A stretch of 64,000 nucleotides of DNA from positions 128,001 through 192,000 of the forward strand of contig JBGASG010000006.1 of the NCBI GenBank assembly GCA_044229845.1. Direction: 5' to 3'. This DNA comes from Candidatus Obscuribacteraceae bacterium (GTDB taxonomy: Bacteria > Cyanobacteriota > Vampirovibrionia > Obscuribacterales > Obscuribacteraceae). Positions 8,440 to 18,086 of the stretch are shown here, in pieces (positions within the stretch are counted from its first letter, which is position 1; every line of letters starts with the position of its first letter). The notes beneath the pieces were generated by a model. That model was not told where the DNA came from. It saw only the letters and a list, made by a program, of their open reading frames with translations, and did no database searches. The position numbers were made by a program, and so were the translations under genes.

Positions 8440-11169
8440 TCATTTCAGCTGATCCAGGTCCAGCTTCAGCCAGGCAGCTGTTTCATAGCGGTCTTTTAAG
8501 TCAAGCTTGGTGGCGCGCTCGACGATGGCGCTCAATTCGCTGGACACTTGAGCTGCTTTCTGCTTCGGCGAAGAGCAACTGATTGGTTTCGGTGTACTGC
8601 CGGTGAGCAAGTAGTATAGTGTGGCACCTAGTGAATACAAGTCACTTTGCAGCGTCACCTCTTCGCGGAACTGTTCCGGCGGCGTGAAGCATTGCTTCGC
8701 GCAAGAGCCGGTCGTCTGCCGTCCGTCCTGGCGGACAGCCAGGCTAAAATCGATCACTTTGACGTCGCCGGCGGCAGTGATCAGAATGTTCTCGGGTGTG
8801 ATATCGCGGTGAACGATCGGCGGATCGCCACCATGCAAATACTCGAGCACCGTGCAAATGGACTTACCAATGCGAACAACCTCAGCTTCACTGAGCGGTC
8901 CGTTCTCTTGTACGCGTTGCCGCAATGACTGGCCATCGATATGCTCCAGTACGACGTAGACACGCCCCTGCTCGAAGAAGAAATCCTCGAGCTTCACAAT
9001 TCCTGGATGATCGAGTTGCGAAAGCAGGCTTACCTCGGCTTCGAACTCGCGTGCCGATTCGACCATTGCAGCTGAGTCGGCCGACGTCGAAAGAATAAAT
9101 TCCTTAAGTACGACTTTCTCGCCGGTCGCCTTGGTGGCGGTATATGTGGTCGCCTGACCGCCCGATGAAATGCGCTCTGCGATTTGATAGTTGCCGTTCT
9201 TCAAAGAATCTCCGGCATTGAGTGCAGTTTTCCGTCTCGTCCGGCTTTTCGAAGTCAGCATGTCAAACCACAGCTGCGTATATCGATTGTCGCGCAACAC
9301 AGTGGAACCAATCAACTGCTCTTCCGCTGATTCATGGATAACCACATGCGGTGCCCATTTCTTCACGGCATAAAACAATCGAGCCCGCTGCTCACGGTTT
9401 AGGTCGTTAAGGTTGATCTTGATGTTTCGTCGCAAGTCGCTGCCGGCAGCGGTGGCGCTGAAAACCAGGTAGCGACTATCAGTGTTCATGCGGACGGACA
9501 AACCATCGATCAATGCCGCTACCTTATTCAGCATTTTGTAGGTCAGAGATTCTTTCTTAAAGGCCGCTTCCGGCAACGGGTAAAGGCGAGTGAAGCCCTC
9601 GTCGAGTTTGCGCAGGCTATGAATTTCATTCCAGTGGAGTTCATCGGGTCCGGCTCCGCTTCCGAATCCGTTCATGGTCAGGACATTCTTGAACCAGCCC
9701 TTGAACGACCTGCGCCTGACACCACGACCGGTGAACTCAACTTCGTGCTCATCGGAAATAAACTCAAGTGGGAACTGGAACCAGGCTCTAAAAAACAGAA
9801 CGCACATTGCACTTGCCAGGCTGACCAGATAAAAGTGGACAAAGAAGACGGAAGCCTTTGATGGCTCAACTCCAAAATTATGCAGCCACGGCCAGTATCC
9901 GTTGTAACCCATAATTATGGTTGGGTCGTCGGGTCCCTGAGGACCGACAGTACCGGTAGTTATGGCAGTCAATTGTGGTTCTTCGGTTACAGACACCTCG
10001 GCTGTGCCGAACGAATTCTCAGCGAGCGGAGCCGCCTTGGTTGGTGGCATGACTGTCACTGGCTGGTCCTGCGCCTTGGGCGGATGGGCCGGTGCCGGTG
10101 GTCCAATTTCATACTGAAACCTGGGACCGATGCTTATCACTTTGGACTGCGGAGTTGTTGGTTGCAAGCGTGCGGACGGCATCTGACCAATCCACAATCT
10201 TGGCGGCTGCACACCAGGCATTGATGGCGTCTGATCGGCTGGAAGCGCGGATAGAGGCTGGCTTTGTATGACCTGTTCCATGCCGACGTGTTGATAAACG
10301 CCGTAGCTGACAAACGCCGGAATACCTAAAGCGAAGAAAAGAAACACGACCGGACCAAAGGCTCGTGACGAATAAAAATTCGCCTCCGAACTCGATCGGT
10401 CAGCCCTACGATTTTGCACATAAACAAACCCTTCCTCGTCGGGTGCCTTTGGCTCCGGCTCAGGAAATAGTCCTTTAAACCAGTGCACGGCAATCCACGT
10501 CAGCGAGAATGGGACACAGCACAGATAGAGCCAGAACAATATGAACGGCAGACCTTGATCTGCGCCTTCGTTCAGTTCGCGCACAAATTCAGACTGTCGG
10601 ACTTGACTGGGAAGTGATGCTGCGAGAGTAACCTGCCAAGGCGTTGGGAGGTGGCGATATATCCAGACCGAGATGGGCTTGGCGACGACAATCAGCATCC
10701 ACAGCAACAGCATTTTGGGTGCGATGGCGATGGCACCGAGCACCAGCACGGGAGTCTTCAATGTCCAGAACCAACCCATACAGCCCTTCAAGTGCTGGTA
10801 ACACTCTTTCGTCAGGCATTGCCACAGGTTGTGATGAAACGGCATCCCGTTCGCCTGGCGCTCTTTCCACCGTTCCATGACTATGGGCACGAGTTGAACA
10901 AATTGCACAATGAATGTGATGTTCCCGAACAGGCACGAGTCTTCCATCGTGAGCCAGGGCTTCCGCGGTGGCGGAGCAGAGTATTGCGGTGGCGGAGCCG
11001 ATGCTTCCGGCGGCGGCGGAGCTGATGCTTCCGGCGGTGGCGAAGCCGATGCTTCCGGCGATGGATCGATCACGAGTTTCACGGAGGGAGGTGTGCGCAG
11101 ATCATCGACAATGATGGACTTTGCCTTCTTCCGCTTCTTGGTGGTGGCTTTGGTTCTTTTCACGCTCAT
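8440..11169 (-). CDS. Membrane Ser/Thr protein kinase (C-terminal Hanks domain)
   Basis: SGGQATTY, VLKE, HRDITPEN, DFS, PPEQ, SDLYSLG; TM helices; ATG 11169 overlaps the upstream TGA. Confidence 0.92.
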   Translation of the reverse strand: MSVKRTKATTKKRKKAKSIIVDDLRTPPSVKLVIDPSPEASASPPPEASAPPPPEASAPPPQYSAPPPRKPWLTMEDSCLFGNITFIVQFVQLVPIVMERWKERQANGMPFHHNLWQCLTKECYQHLKGCMGWFWTLKTPVLVLGAIAIAPKMLLLWMLIVVAKPISVWIYRHLPTPWQVTLAASLPSQVRQSEFVRELNEGADQGLPFILFWLYLCCVPFSLTWIAVHWFKGLFPEPEPKAPDEEGFVYVQNRRADRSSSEANFYSSRAFGPVVFLFFALGIPAFVSYGVYQHVGMEQVIQSQPLSALPADQTPSMPGVQPPRLWIGQMPSARLQPTTPQSKVISIGPRFQYEIGPPAPAHPPKAQDQPVTVMPPTKAAPLAENSFGTAEVSVTEEPQLTAITTGTVGPQGPDDPTIIMGYNGYWPWLHNFGVEPSKASVFFVHFYLVSLASAMCVLFFRAWFQFPLEFISDEHEVEFTGRGVRRRSFKGWFKNVLTMNGFGSGAGPDELHWNEIHSLRKLDEGFTRLYPLPEAAFKKESLTYKMLNKVAALIDGLSVRMNTDSRYLVFSATAAGSDLRRNIKINLNDLNREQRARLFYAVKKWAPHVVIHESAEEQLIGSTVLRDNRYTQLWFDMLTSKSRTRRKTALNAGDSLKNGNYQIAERISSGGQATTYTATKATGEKVVLKEFILSTSADSAAMVESAREFEAEVSLLSQLDHPGIVKLEDFFFEQGRVYVVLEHIDGQSLRQRVQENGPLSEAEVVRIGKSICTVLEYLHGGDPPIVHRDITPENILITAAGDVKVIDFSLAVRQDGRQTTGSCAKQCFTPPEQFREEVTLQSDLYSLGATLYYLLTGSTPKPISCSSPKQKAAQVSSELSAIVERATKLDLKDRYETAAWLKLDLDQLK
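10985..11065 (-). repeat. In-frame 21-bp tandem repeat encoding PPPEASA-like units (about 3-4 copies)
   Basis: GATGCTTCCGGCG recurs at 21-bp spacing on the + strand. Confidence 0.8.
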
Positions 11170-13634
11170 GCTTGCACCGCCTCTTTTCGTTTTTTCGGCA
11201 GTTTGATGCGCATGCCACCACCATCGATTTCGTTCAAGCGTTGCAGAATTTCCTCGAATGACTTGGGTCGGTCTTCTTGATCGAAGGCGGTACAATCTTT
11301 GATCAGTTGATCGATTTCTGGTGAACACTCCATATTCTTAAGGGGCGACGATTGGGTCAGCGCACGAGGGTCGCTCCCAGTCAGCAGAAAATACAATGTG
11401 CCACCAAAGCTATAGATATCGCTGCGCGTAGTAGCCTCGCCGCGCAGTTGCTCCGGCGGAATGTAGCAGTGCTTCCCGATCATTGTGCCGGTTATCCCGT
11501 CCAAAAACTCGCGCGCGGCACCAAAATCAATCAGTCGCAGCTGTCCATCTTCACCGGCGATCACATTATCCGGAGTCAGGTCGCGGTGCAAGACAGCCGG
11601 ATCACGTCCGTGCAGATAGATCATAATCTCGCAGAGTTGTTTCGCCCATGCCACCGTCAGCCTCTCCGGACGAGGTCCGTGCTCCGTGACCGTGGCGCGC
11701 AGGTCGTTTCCGACCCGATGCTCGATGACGAGAAAAGTCGATTCGTCAACTGAAAACGAATCGAGCACCTTCGCAATTCCGGGATGATCCAGATGCGAAA
11801 GCAACTCGTACTCTCGCTTGAGAATCTTGGCGAGCGCCATAGTTTCATCGGAGTCATCGGCGAGATAGAAGTGTTTGACGATCACCATGCGTCCCTGTTC
11901 ATCCCGTGCCAGATAAACTGCGCAGAGTGGCTTGCTTGCCAGTTGCTTTATGACGCGCGTTTTGGTGCCCGGCAAAAATTCTCCTGATGCGACTGGAACG
12001 AATATCGTCGCCTTAAACTCTTGAGCGGGTATTGAAGCGATTGCCGTGTGCAGCTGCCCATCAGATGCCGCTCTCTCGCTGTCGGCTTCGACCAGTGCCT
12101 CACAAATCTCAAAAACCTTGGCGTCGACGACACAAGCAACCGCATGCTGGTCCATCGCCTCCAGGAGCACTTTCAAATCCTGAGGCGACACCTGCGTGCT
12201 ATCGAAAGTAATCCGACCACCACTTCTGAATGACAATTGAAACTTCGCTCGCAATGGTCGATTGGGCTTCGATTTCAATTCCTTGACAGTCATTTGTTTG
12301 AGGTCGCTCCAGAGTCTGAACTGGCGGCCCCAGAGCGTCAAGTAAGGTCCCTGAGCAAATAGAATTCCATCAGCGTTGAGCGTGAACTGCCTCGGTTTGG
12401 CACAGGGCAGAAAGACTGCGCCTGTCACTGCAATGGGAGCCGTCGCGTAGAGAGCAACGACAGCACCGAGGAAAATTCTGAAATTCGGCTGGAACAACCA
12501 CTCCGGCGCATCCATCGACGGACCGAATCCGGCATCCACAGCTGAAGCTATCATCCAGTTCTGAATTGCATATCCGAGCGGTCCGCCGCAGAAACCAAAC
12601 AACCAGAAGAGTGCACCATAGCAAAAGACGATCCAGCCAAGAGTTCTGAGCGCGTTGTTCCACACCGGATGGGACTCTCTAAACTTGAGGGCCCGTGTGG
12701 GCAACCTCAACGCTTCGAGGAAGCTCTCAACTATGTTTTGCAACGACTTCGGTGATACCACCCGCCAGCAAAACGAAGCGAGAAGCGCATTCAGTTTGAG
12801 TACCGGCTGTAGCAGCAGCAGGAAAGCGATGACAGACATCGCACTAACGACAAAGACATCGAAGTGCTGAACAAATGTCATATCGCTGAAAATCCCGGAT
12901 GGATCAACAGCTCCAAGCATCGGTGCCTGCTGTACGCTGGCAGAGTCCGAAGGAAAACGAAATGGCGAGGAGACCTCCGATACCACGTGGTCATTCACAA
13001 AACCGAACAAGTTGGCGTCCTTCGCAGATGCGAGCAACCAGTTCGAGAGCATGTAAGCGGGTCCGAGTTTGTTCAGCGTAATCGAAAGGATAGAAGCGAC
13101 GAAACTGGACATAAATACGAAATGAGTCAGTCCGGACCACGTCTGTCTCTGCGCAATCAGATCAGGATCTTGGGTGGTTGCTCGGAGCCGCGATCGCGTG
13201 AAAATCGACACGACACAGGCGGCAGCATATATAAGGATAGGGCTGGAAAGAAACCACAGCGGCGCGAACGCTCCAACCCCGCCAATCAACGCGTTGGTCA
13301 GGGAAAGCGGTCGACTCTCATCCATCCGGAACAGGTTGGCGCCGCAAGCAGCCTCCAAAATGGTCCTCATTCCCCATAGCCAAAACAGCAGAAAGCCCAG
13401 TCTCTGTGCCTTTCGCGTTTTAACGAACGCCTTGAGTAGGGTCGAGACCTCATTGGCAGGCGTCTTCACCAGTTCTGCAATGACCGGAGCGCAGACCCAA
13501 AGTATCGCCAGGTAGGTGCCCCAAGTGAGCATCCAGCCCGACAAAAAACAGTCGGCAGCGACGAACGCAATAATAAACAGGGCTTCGGAGTAGCGCGTGA
13601 AAACGCGCTGGCAGGCGAGCCCAACGTTATTCAT
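11166..13634 (-). CDS. Polytopic membrane Ser/Thr protein kinase
   Basis: IVKH, HRDLTPDN, DFG, PPEQ, SDIYSFG; long multi-TM N-terminus; Gly-rich loop replaced by ASKPLC. Confidence 0.92.
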   Translation of the reverse strand: MNNVGLACQRVFTRYSEALFIIAFVAADCFLSGWMLTWGTYLAILWVCAPVIAELVKTPANEVSTLLKAFVKTRKAQRLGFLLFWLWGMRTILEAACGANLFRMDESRPLSLTNALIGGVGAFAPLWFLSSPILIYAAACVVSIFTRSRLRATTQDPDLIAQRQTWSGLTHFVFMSSFVASILSITLNKLGPAYMLSNWLLASAKDANLFGFVNDHVVSEVSSPFRFPSDSASVQQAPMLGAVDPSGIFSDMTFVQHFDVFVVSAMSVIAFLLLLQPVLKLNALLASFCWRVVSPKSLQNIVESFLEALRLPTRALKFRESHPVWNNALRTLGWIVFCYGALFWLFGFCGGPLGYAIQNWMIASAVDAGFGPSMDAPEWLFQPNFRIFLGAVVALYATAPIAVTGAVFLPCAKPRQFTLNADGILFAQGPYLTLWGRQFRLWSDLKQMTVKELKSKPNRPLRAKFQLSFRSGGRITFDSTQVSPQDLKVLLEAMDQHAVACVVDAKVFEICEALVEADSERAASDGQLHTAIASIPAQEFKATIFVPVASGEFLPGTKTRVIKQLASKPLCAVYLARDEQGRMVIVKHFYLADDSDETMALAKILKREYELLSHLDHPGIAKVLDSFSVDESTFLVIEHRVGNDLRATVTEHGPRPERLTVAWAKQLCEIMIYLHGRDPAVLHRDLTPDNVIAGEDGQLRLIDFGAAREFLDGITGTMIGKHCYIPPEQLRGEATTRSDIYSFGGTLYFLLTGSDPRALTQSSPLKNMECSPEIDQLIKDCTAFDQEDRPKSFEEILQRLNEIDGGGMRIKLPKKRKEAVQA

Positions 13635-13752
13635 AGAGGTAGGTAGTAATTAAACGAGCGCGTAGTTTCTCGACATTAGTATAAATGAGCCCGGAAGGTT
13701 GTCAACAGGAGTTAACCCTAGATCCCCGGAGCACAAGGCAGTCCCCAAAGCC

Positions 13753-13936
13753 AAAGCGATATCGCTTCAGTTCGGATGAAACTGGAAACCTAAAGCGATA
13801 TCGCTTCAGTTCGGATGAAACTGGAAACCTAAAGCGATATCGCTTTGGTTTGGATGACACTGGAAAGCTAAAGCGATATCGCTTCAGTTCGGACGGAACT
13901 GGAAAGCTAAAGCGATATCGCTTCAGCTCGGACGAA
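13753..13936. repeat. Tandem array of five 39-bp units, each with a 20-bp palindromic core
   Basis: AAAGCGATATCGCTT starts at 13753, 13792, 13831, 13870, 13909. Confidence 0.97.
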
Positions 13937-13947
13937 GGGACCTGGCT

Positions 13948-15597
13948 TCACTTGACGAATAGTTGGCAGAAGGCGGTGAACGGAGTCACTTGGGAAGAGA
14001 CGTGAACTGGTGCCGTGACAACTGCGTCTCTTGACCACGGTAACGAGTTCAGAATGCGTCCATACGAATCGACGATGAATGAGGGTCCAGTTTCGCAGGA
14101 GTAAACGAAGGGGCGCTCATTTTCGACGGCGCGCATTACGGAGACTGCGGCGACAAGTTGTCCCAGCGATGAGCCCTCGAACCATGTCAGGTTGCTGAGG
14201 TTTGCGGTCATGCTTGTTTCTCTCGAGACAGAGCCGGCGCACAAGAATGAATCGAAACTCTCACCACATATGATGGCAGCCACTGAGCCGCTCCGCGTGG
14301 GCAATCCACTGGCTGTGGTTCCGCGCAGAATCTGCGGGCGCCGGCGGGTGTACCATCCCTCCTTGAGTTTTGCCGGCAGACACCTGATGACTAGCGGCTC
14401 GAATTCGCCAAAGGGAATGAGATACCTTTTGCGGTAGCCGGCGCGATGTAATCCATCATCGGGAGAAACACTGAACGCAGCGTTATATGTTTGTCCTTGT
14501 CCTGCTTGTTCCCAGGCGCCGACTATCAAGTCGCAGCGGCTCGCACGAGCCGTTTCTTCCAGGTCGTTGCACAGGTCTCTCGTTGACAGCGCCGATGCAG
14601 GCAAGAGTGTTTCGGTGAAGATAACAACTCCATCGGGACACTTGCGAACTTCATCACGGCAGTAGTTCCAGATCTCGGTTGCCGTGAGAGCGCGCTTGCG
14701 TTTCTCATTGTTGTAGATGCGCGTGAAGTTGCCCTGCACAACCGAGACATTGGTCTGAGCGGCGTGCACATCGGCATGGTTTCTCGATTCGAGACGCCAC
14801 CATCCCCAGACTGTGGCGGCAAGCACCACCACCGAAGTCGCAGACAACAACGTCAACGACCACTTGCGACTAACGAAAGCGGCCGCAGGAAAAATACCTC
14901 GACGCCCCGCGGTTGCCACCACTACGGCGGCCAACGCCACATTGATTGAGACGATTAATAGCTCCAGTCCGATGCCACCGATTACGCTGGCAATTTGAAT
15001 GATCCAGGTTTGCTGGTACTGCGAATATTCGAGCACGGACATGGGCATGAGGAGCAAGTCTGGCTGGTTGTACAGGATGTGGGTGATGAAGACCCACACG
15101 AAAGGCAGTGCCACCATCAGCTTGATGTGCCCGAAGCGGTTGCTGTCGGTGACGAACTTGGTCAGGCAGGACAGCAATGTAAAAGCGCTGCCCTGCAACA
15201 ATCCAGCCAGCAGCCAGACAGCGATGCCCATGAGCTGCAAGGCTTCGGTGGCTTCAGACTTGAACCACCACGGTGGATTCAAGTGGAGAAACCAGTTGAG
15301 CGCCATCAAGTTGTAGGATGCGCCAAATAGAAATCCACGCGCGGCAGCCTGGGACATTCGGCGACTGGAGATGCTCAACAGAAACAGAGGCACCAGCCCG
15401 ACCCAGGCGAGGATCCAGACACCGAATTCAGGTTGAGATAATCCGAAGAGTGCACCGAAGACTATCGAAGATAGAGTCCAAGCCAGATCCTCACCGGATG
15501 AGAAGACGCGTCCACCAAACTTCGGCAGGAGGGCTGCTCGCTCCGCCAGGGCAGCGGCAGAAGAAGTCGTGGCTACTGTTGATATTGTTTGCGACAT
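13948..15597 (-). CDS. lnt: Apolipoprotein N-acyltransferase
   Basis: Multi-TM N-terminus, VVQGN, E-K-C triad (FTET, RKRYLIPFGE, IICGES), RAVENER. Confidence 0.85.
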   Translation of the reverse strand: MSQTISTVATTSSAAALAERAALLPKFGGRVFSSGEDLAWTLSSIVFGALFGLSQPEFGVWILAWVGLVPLFLLSISSRRMSQAAARGFLFGASYNLMALNWFLHLNPPWWFKSEATEALQLMGIAVWLLAGLLQGSAFTLLSCLTKFVTDSNRFGHIKLMVALPFVWVFITHILYNQPDLLLMPMSVLEYSQYQQTWIIQIASVIGGIGLELLIVSINVALAAVVVATAGRRGIFPAAAFVSRKWSLTLLSATSVVVLAATVWGWWRLESRNHADVHAAQTNVSVVQGNFTRIYNNEKRKRALTATEIWNYCRDEVRKCPDGVVIFTETLLPASALSTRDLCNDLEETARASRCDLIVGAWEQAGQGQTYNAAFSVSPDDGLHRAGYRKRYLIPFGEFEPLVIRCLPAKLKEGWYTRRRPQILRGTTASGLPTRSGSVAAIICGESFDSFLCAGSVSRETSMTANLSNLTWFEGSSLGQLVAAVSVMRAVENERPFVYSCETGPSFIVDSYGRILNSLPWSRDAVVTAPVHVSSQVTPFTAFCQLFVK

Positions 15598-15994
15598 GGC
15601 ACCACCTGAAACCTCACAAGTTCATCCTAGCCACCAAGTCCAGAAGAGCGTGGCGCCCGCTGACAGTTTCGGGACTGTTTCGATGTGCGTGGTTCTGATC
15701 AGTTCGTTAACTGTCTCCGCAAAGATCGATATCGCAACCGCGACTTCCATTCTTACTTTCTGCGCGTGCCACCACATATCGAGACGGCGAAGGAAGCCGT
15801 CGCCTGGACGTTCGGATTGAGAGAACGCGAATATGCGCCGGAGCAGGAATCGTAGCGTCCGCTACGCGACAGCTCCTCTTTTAAACCGCATCGCGCGCGC
15901 CGGCGCGGCTGGCGGGACGGGTGCAGACTAGGATATACTGTTGGCTTCTGTAGCCGCCCGGCGGCGCGTTGGTTATGTAGAGGAAAGTCGAAGT

Positions 15995-16999
15995 ATGAAA
16001 GCCATGAAGGTGATTTCTACGCTGGTCGCATTGCTGTTCGGCAGCCAGGTTCCTGCGTATTCCCAATCTAATTCAGCAACTGTCAGGCTGGACTCACTAC
16101 CTAACTCGGGGACCTATTTCATCGTCAACAGCGACACTCATGAGGCACTGCAACCGGGACAACCGTCGCTCGGACAGAATGTGTTTCTGTATGAATTCAA
16201 CAAAGGCGGCACACAGAAGTGGACGATCAACCGCATTATCGATCCCAAAACCAAGCGCCCAACCAATCGCTATACCATCAGACTTGCCGGCGAAAACAAA
16301 GACTTGAAGTTTCAACCGCACCCGTCGGTTGGTTCTGCTATGCCAATTCTCGGACTGGACACCGCAGTATTCGCGCTGGAAGCCAGCGCCGACGGAGTGC
16401 TGATCAAGAGTGTGTCGAAGAACGGCGATGCAATGTTTGTTTCTCCCCAGAACGGCACGGCATCCGAACCGCACTTTGCGCACAACGACGGTTCGGCGAA
16501 GTTTCGCTGGAACTTCATCAACACCGCCGGATCTGCAGTGCCAACGCAAAACACCGGCATTCCGCTACCGAACACGGGCACTTACTTCATCGTCAACGCA
16601 TCCAGCCATGAGGCGCTGCAGCCCGGCGCGCCCAGCCTCGGGCAGACGGTCTTCCTCTATGAATTCAATAGTGGTGGCACGCAAAAGTGGATGGTGACTC
16701 GCAAGATAGATCCGGCAACCAAGAAACCAACTAACCGCTACTCAATTAGACTCGCCGGTGAAAATCAGGATCTCAATTTTCAGCCGCATCCTTCAATTGG
16801 CGATGCCGCGGCAATCATCGGAACAGACAAAGCAACATACGTGCTCGAGCCAAGCGGTGAGGGTTTCTTGCTGAAGAGCGTTTCGAAGAACGGCGATGCA
16901 TTGTTCATTGCTCCGCAACAGGGTTACAACACCGAACCGAGATTTGGACCGAATGACGGGTCGTCTAAGTTCCAGTGGAACTTCGTCCGCGTACAGTAA
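15995..16999 (+). CDS. Secreted protein with two tandem ricin-B/beta-trefoil-like domains
   Basis: Signal peptide; two very similar halves (LPNxGTYFIVN...GGTQKW...KFxWNF). Confidence 0.75.
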   Translation: MKAMKVISTLVALLFGSQVPAYSQSNSATVRLDSLPNSGTYFIVNSDTHEALQPGQPSLGQNVFLYEFNKGGTQKWTINRIIDPKTKRPTNRYTIRLAGENKDLKFQPHPSVGSAMPILGLDTAVFALEASADGVLIKSVSKNGDAMFVSPQNGTASEPHFAHNDGSAKFRWNFINTAGSAVPTQNTGIPLPNTGTYFIVNASSHEALQPGAPSLGQTVFLYEFNSGGTQKWMVTRKIDPATKKPTNRYSIRLAGENQDLNFQPHPSIGDAAAIIGTDKATYVLEPSGEGFLLKSVSKNGDALFIAPQQGYNTEPRFGPNDGSSKFQWNFVRVQ

Positions 17000-17022
17000 C
17001 AATCTGACTGCGTTTCGCTTAT

Positions 17023-17814
17023 TTACGATTTGTGCGCGGGCTGGGGCGGCACAACAGCGGCGCGCGTGATTGTGTGCGGCACCGCGTGCGGTTGCGACAT
17101 GGCATCAGACATCGAGACCTTGGCGTGGTCCATCGAGGACACGATGTAGACCGGAGTTCCAACCGACACGATCGCCGACACCTTCAGGATGTCGGCGTTG
17201 AGATGTCGAATACATCCGTGACTGACATTCTTGCCGATCTGTTTCGGTTCGTTCGTGCCATGCAATGCAATCATGCCGTGATCCATACTCAGGCGAAGAT
17301 TGGCAACACCAAGCGGATTGCGATGCGTCTTCGACCATGGTTGCACGGCGCGCTGCAATGGATCGATGCTGACTGGCGGCTTCCAAACAGGGTCGAGTTG
17401 CTTTTGCGTGATCACTGAACGACCTTCCGGCGTAGGCGTCGACGCTTTCCCTGTGGAGTTCTGCACGCAGAGCACTTCTGTTACGACCTGATTCTGCACT
17501 TGCAGCACGTGTGTAAAATGCTTTTGCTTGTCGACGACGACGAACACCGGCAAGGTTTTGTCGACCGCCCCTTTAACAAGATGCGTGACGTCGATGCGCG
17601 TGGGAATCGAAGGCATCATCGGCACGGTGGGATCTTCCGGGTCCGTAGTCACAGTGGCGGGACCAGCCGCAGGAGTGGACACCATCGGAACCGTGGCTAC
17701 CACCGTGTTGTTCGCCACGTTGGAGTCGGTGGCGGACTTGGCTGCCAGAACTGGCTGGTGAACGGCACACATTAGTAATGATGCGGCGACGAGTAGCTTG
17801 GACCTGGTATTCAT
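17023..17814 (-). CDS. L,D-transpeptidase (YkuD family)
   Basis: STGKASTPTPEG, NPLG, IALHGT...SHGCIR; GGAG RBS before ATG 17814. Confidence 0.92.
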   Translation of the reverse strand: MNTRSKLLVAASLLMCAVHQPVLAAKSATDSNVANNTVVATVPMVSTPAAGPATVTTDPEDPTVPMMPSIPTRIDVTHLVKGAVDKTLPVFVVVDKQKHFTHVLQVQNQVVTEVLCVQNSTGKASTPTPEGRSVITQKQLDPVWKPPVSIDPLQRAVQPWSKTHRNPLGVANLRLSMDHGMIALHGTNEPKQIGKNVSHGCIRHLNADILKVSAIVSVGTPVYIVSSMDHAKVSMSDAMSQPHAVPHTITRAAVVPPQPAHKS

Positions 17815-18086
17815 GAGACATCTCCTGTGTGCACGACAGTGCCGCCGCCCTGCGAGCCGTGTTCGCCGCATGCGTCGTTCTGTTGTGCTGTAATACCAGA
17901 TTATCCAACCAGTTTTAGGTGCGGATTCAGGCGCAGTAAGTTCGTCGTTGGCAATTTGTTGGCGTCGTGTAAAACCAGGGGCTGGGCGCCTGATTAATGT
18001 TCAGGTCCCGCCTAATTTGTTTTGGGGCGCCGTAGAGCCGTGTTCGGGGCTGTTAGCTGCAGCTGCGCATTTCGCGACTGCAGAGG

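Noticed and set aside
11170..11328. Extended start of the 8440 kinase
   Set aside because: Overlaps the upstream kinase; ATGA coupling supports 11169
13753..13936. CRISPR array
   Set aside because: Linkers are only 19 bp and nearly identical to one another; no cas genes in the window; the same core is scattered as singlets and doublets
13685..14005. 106-aa ORF of LKRYRFSSD repeats (similar ORFs at 39901 and 54050)
   Set aside because: Open only because the 39-bp unit is a multiple of 3; it overlaps lnt on the opposite strand, and the 35-bp locus breaks the frame
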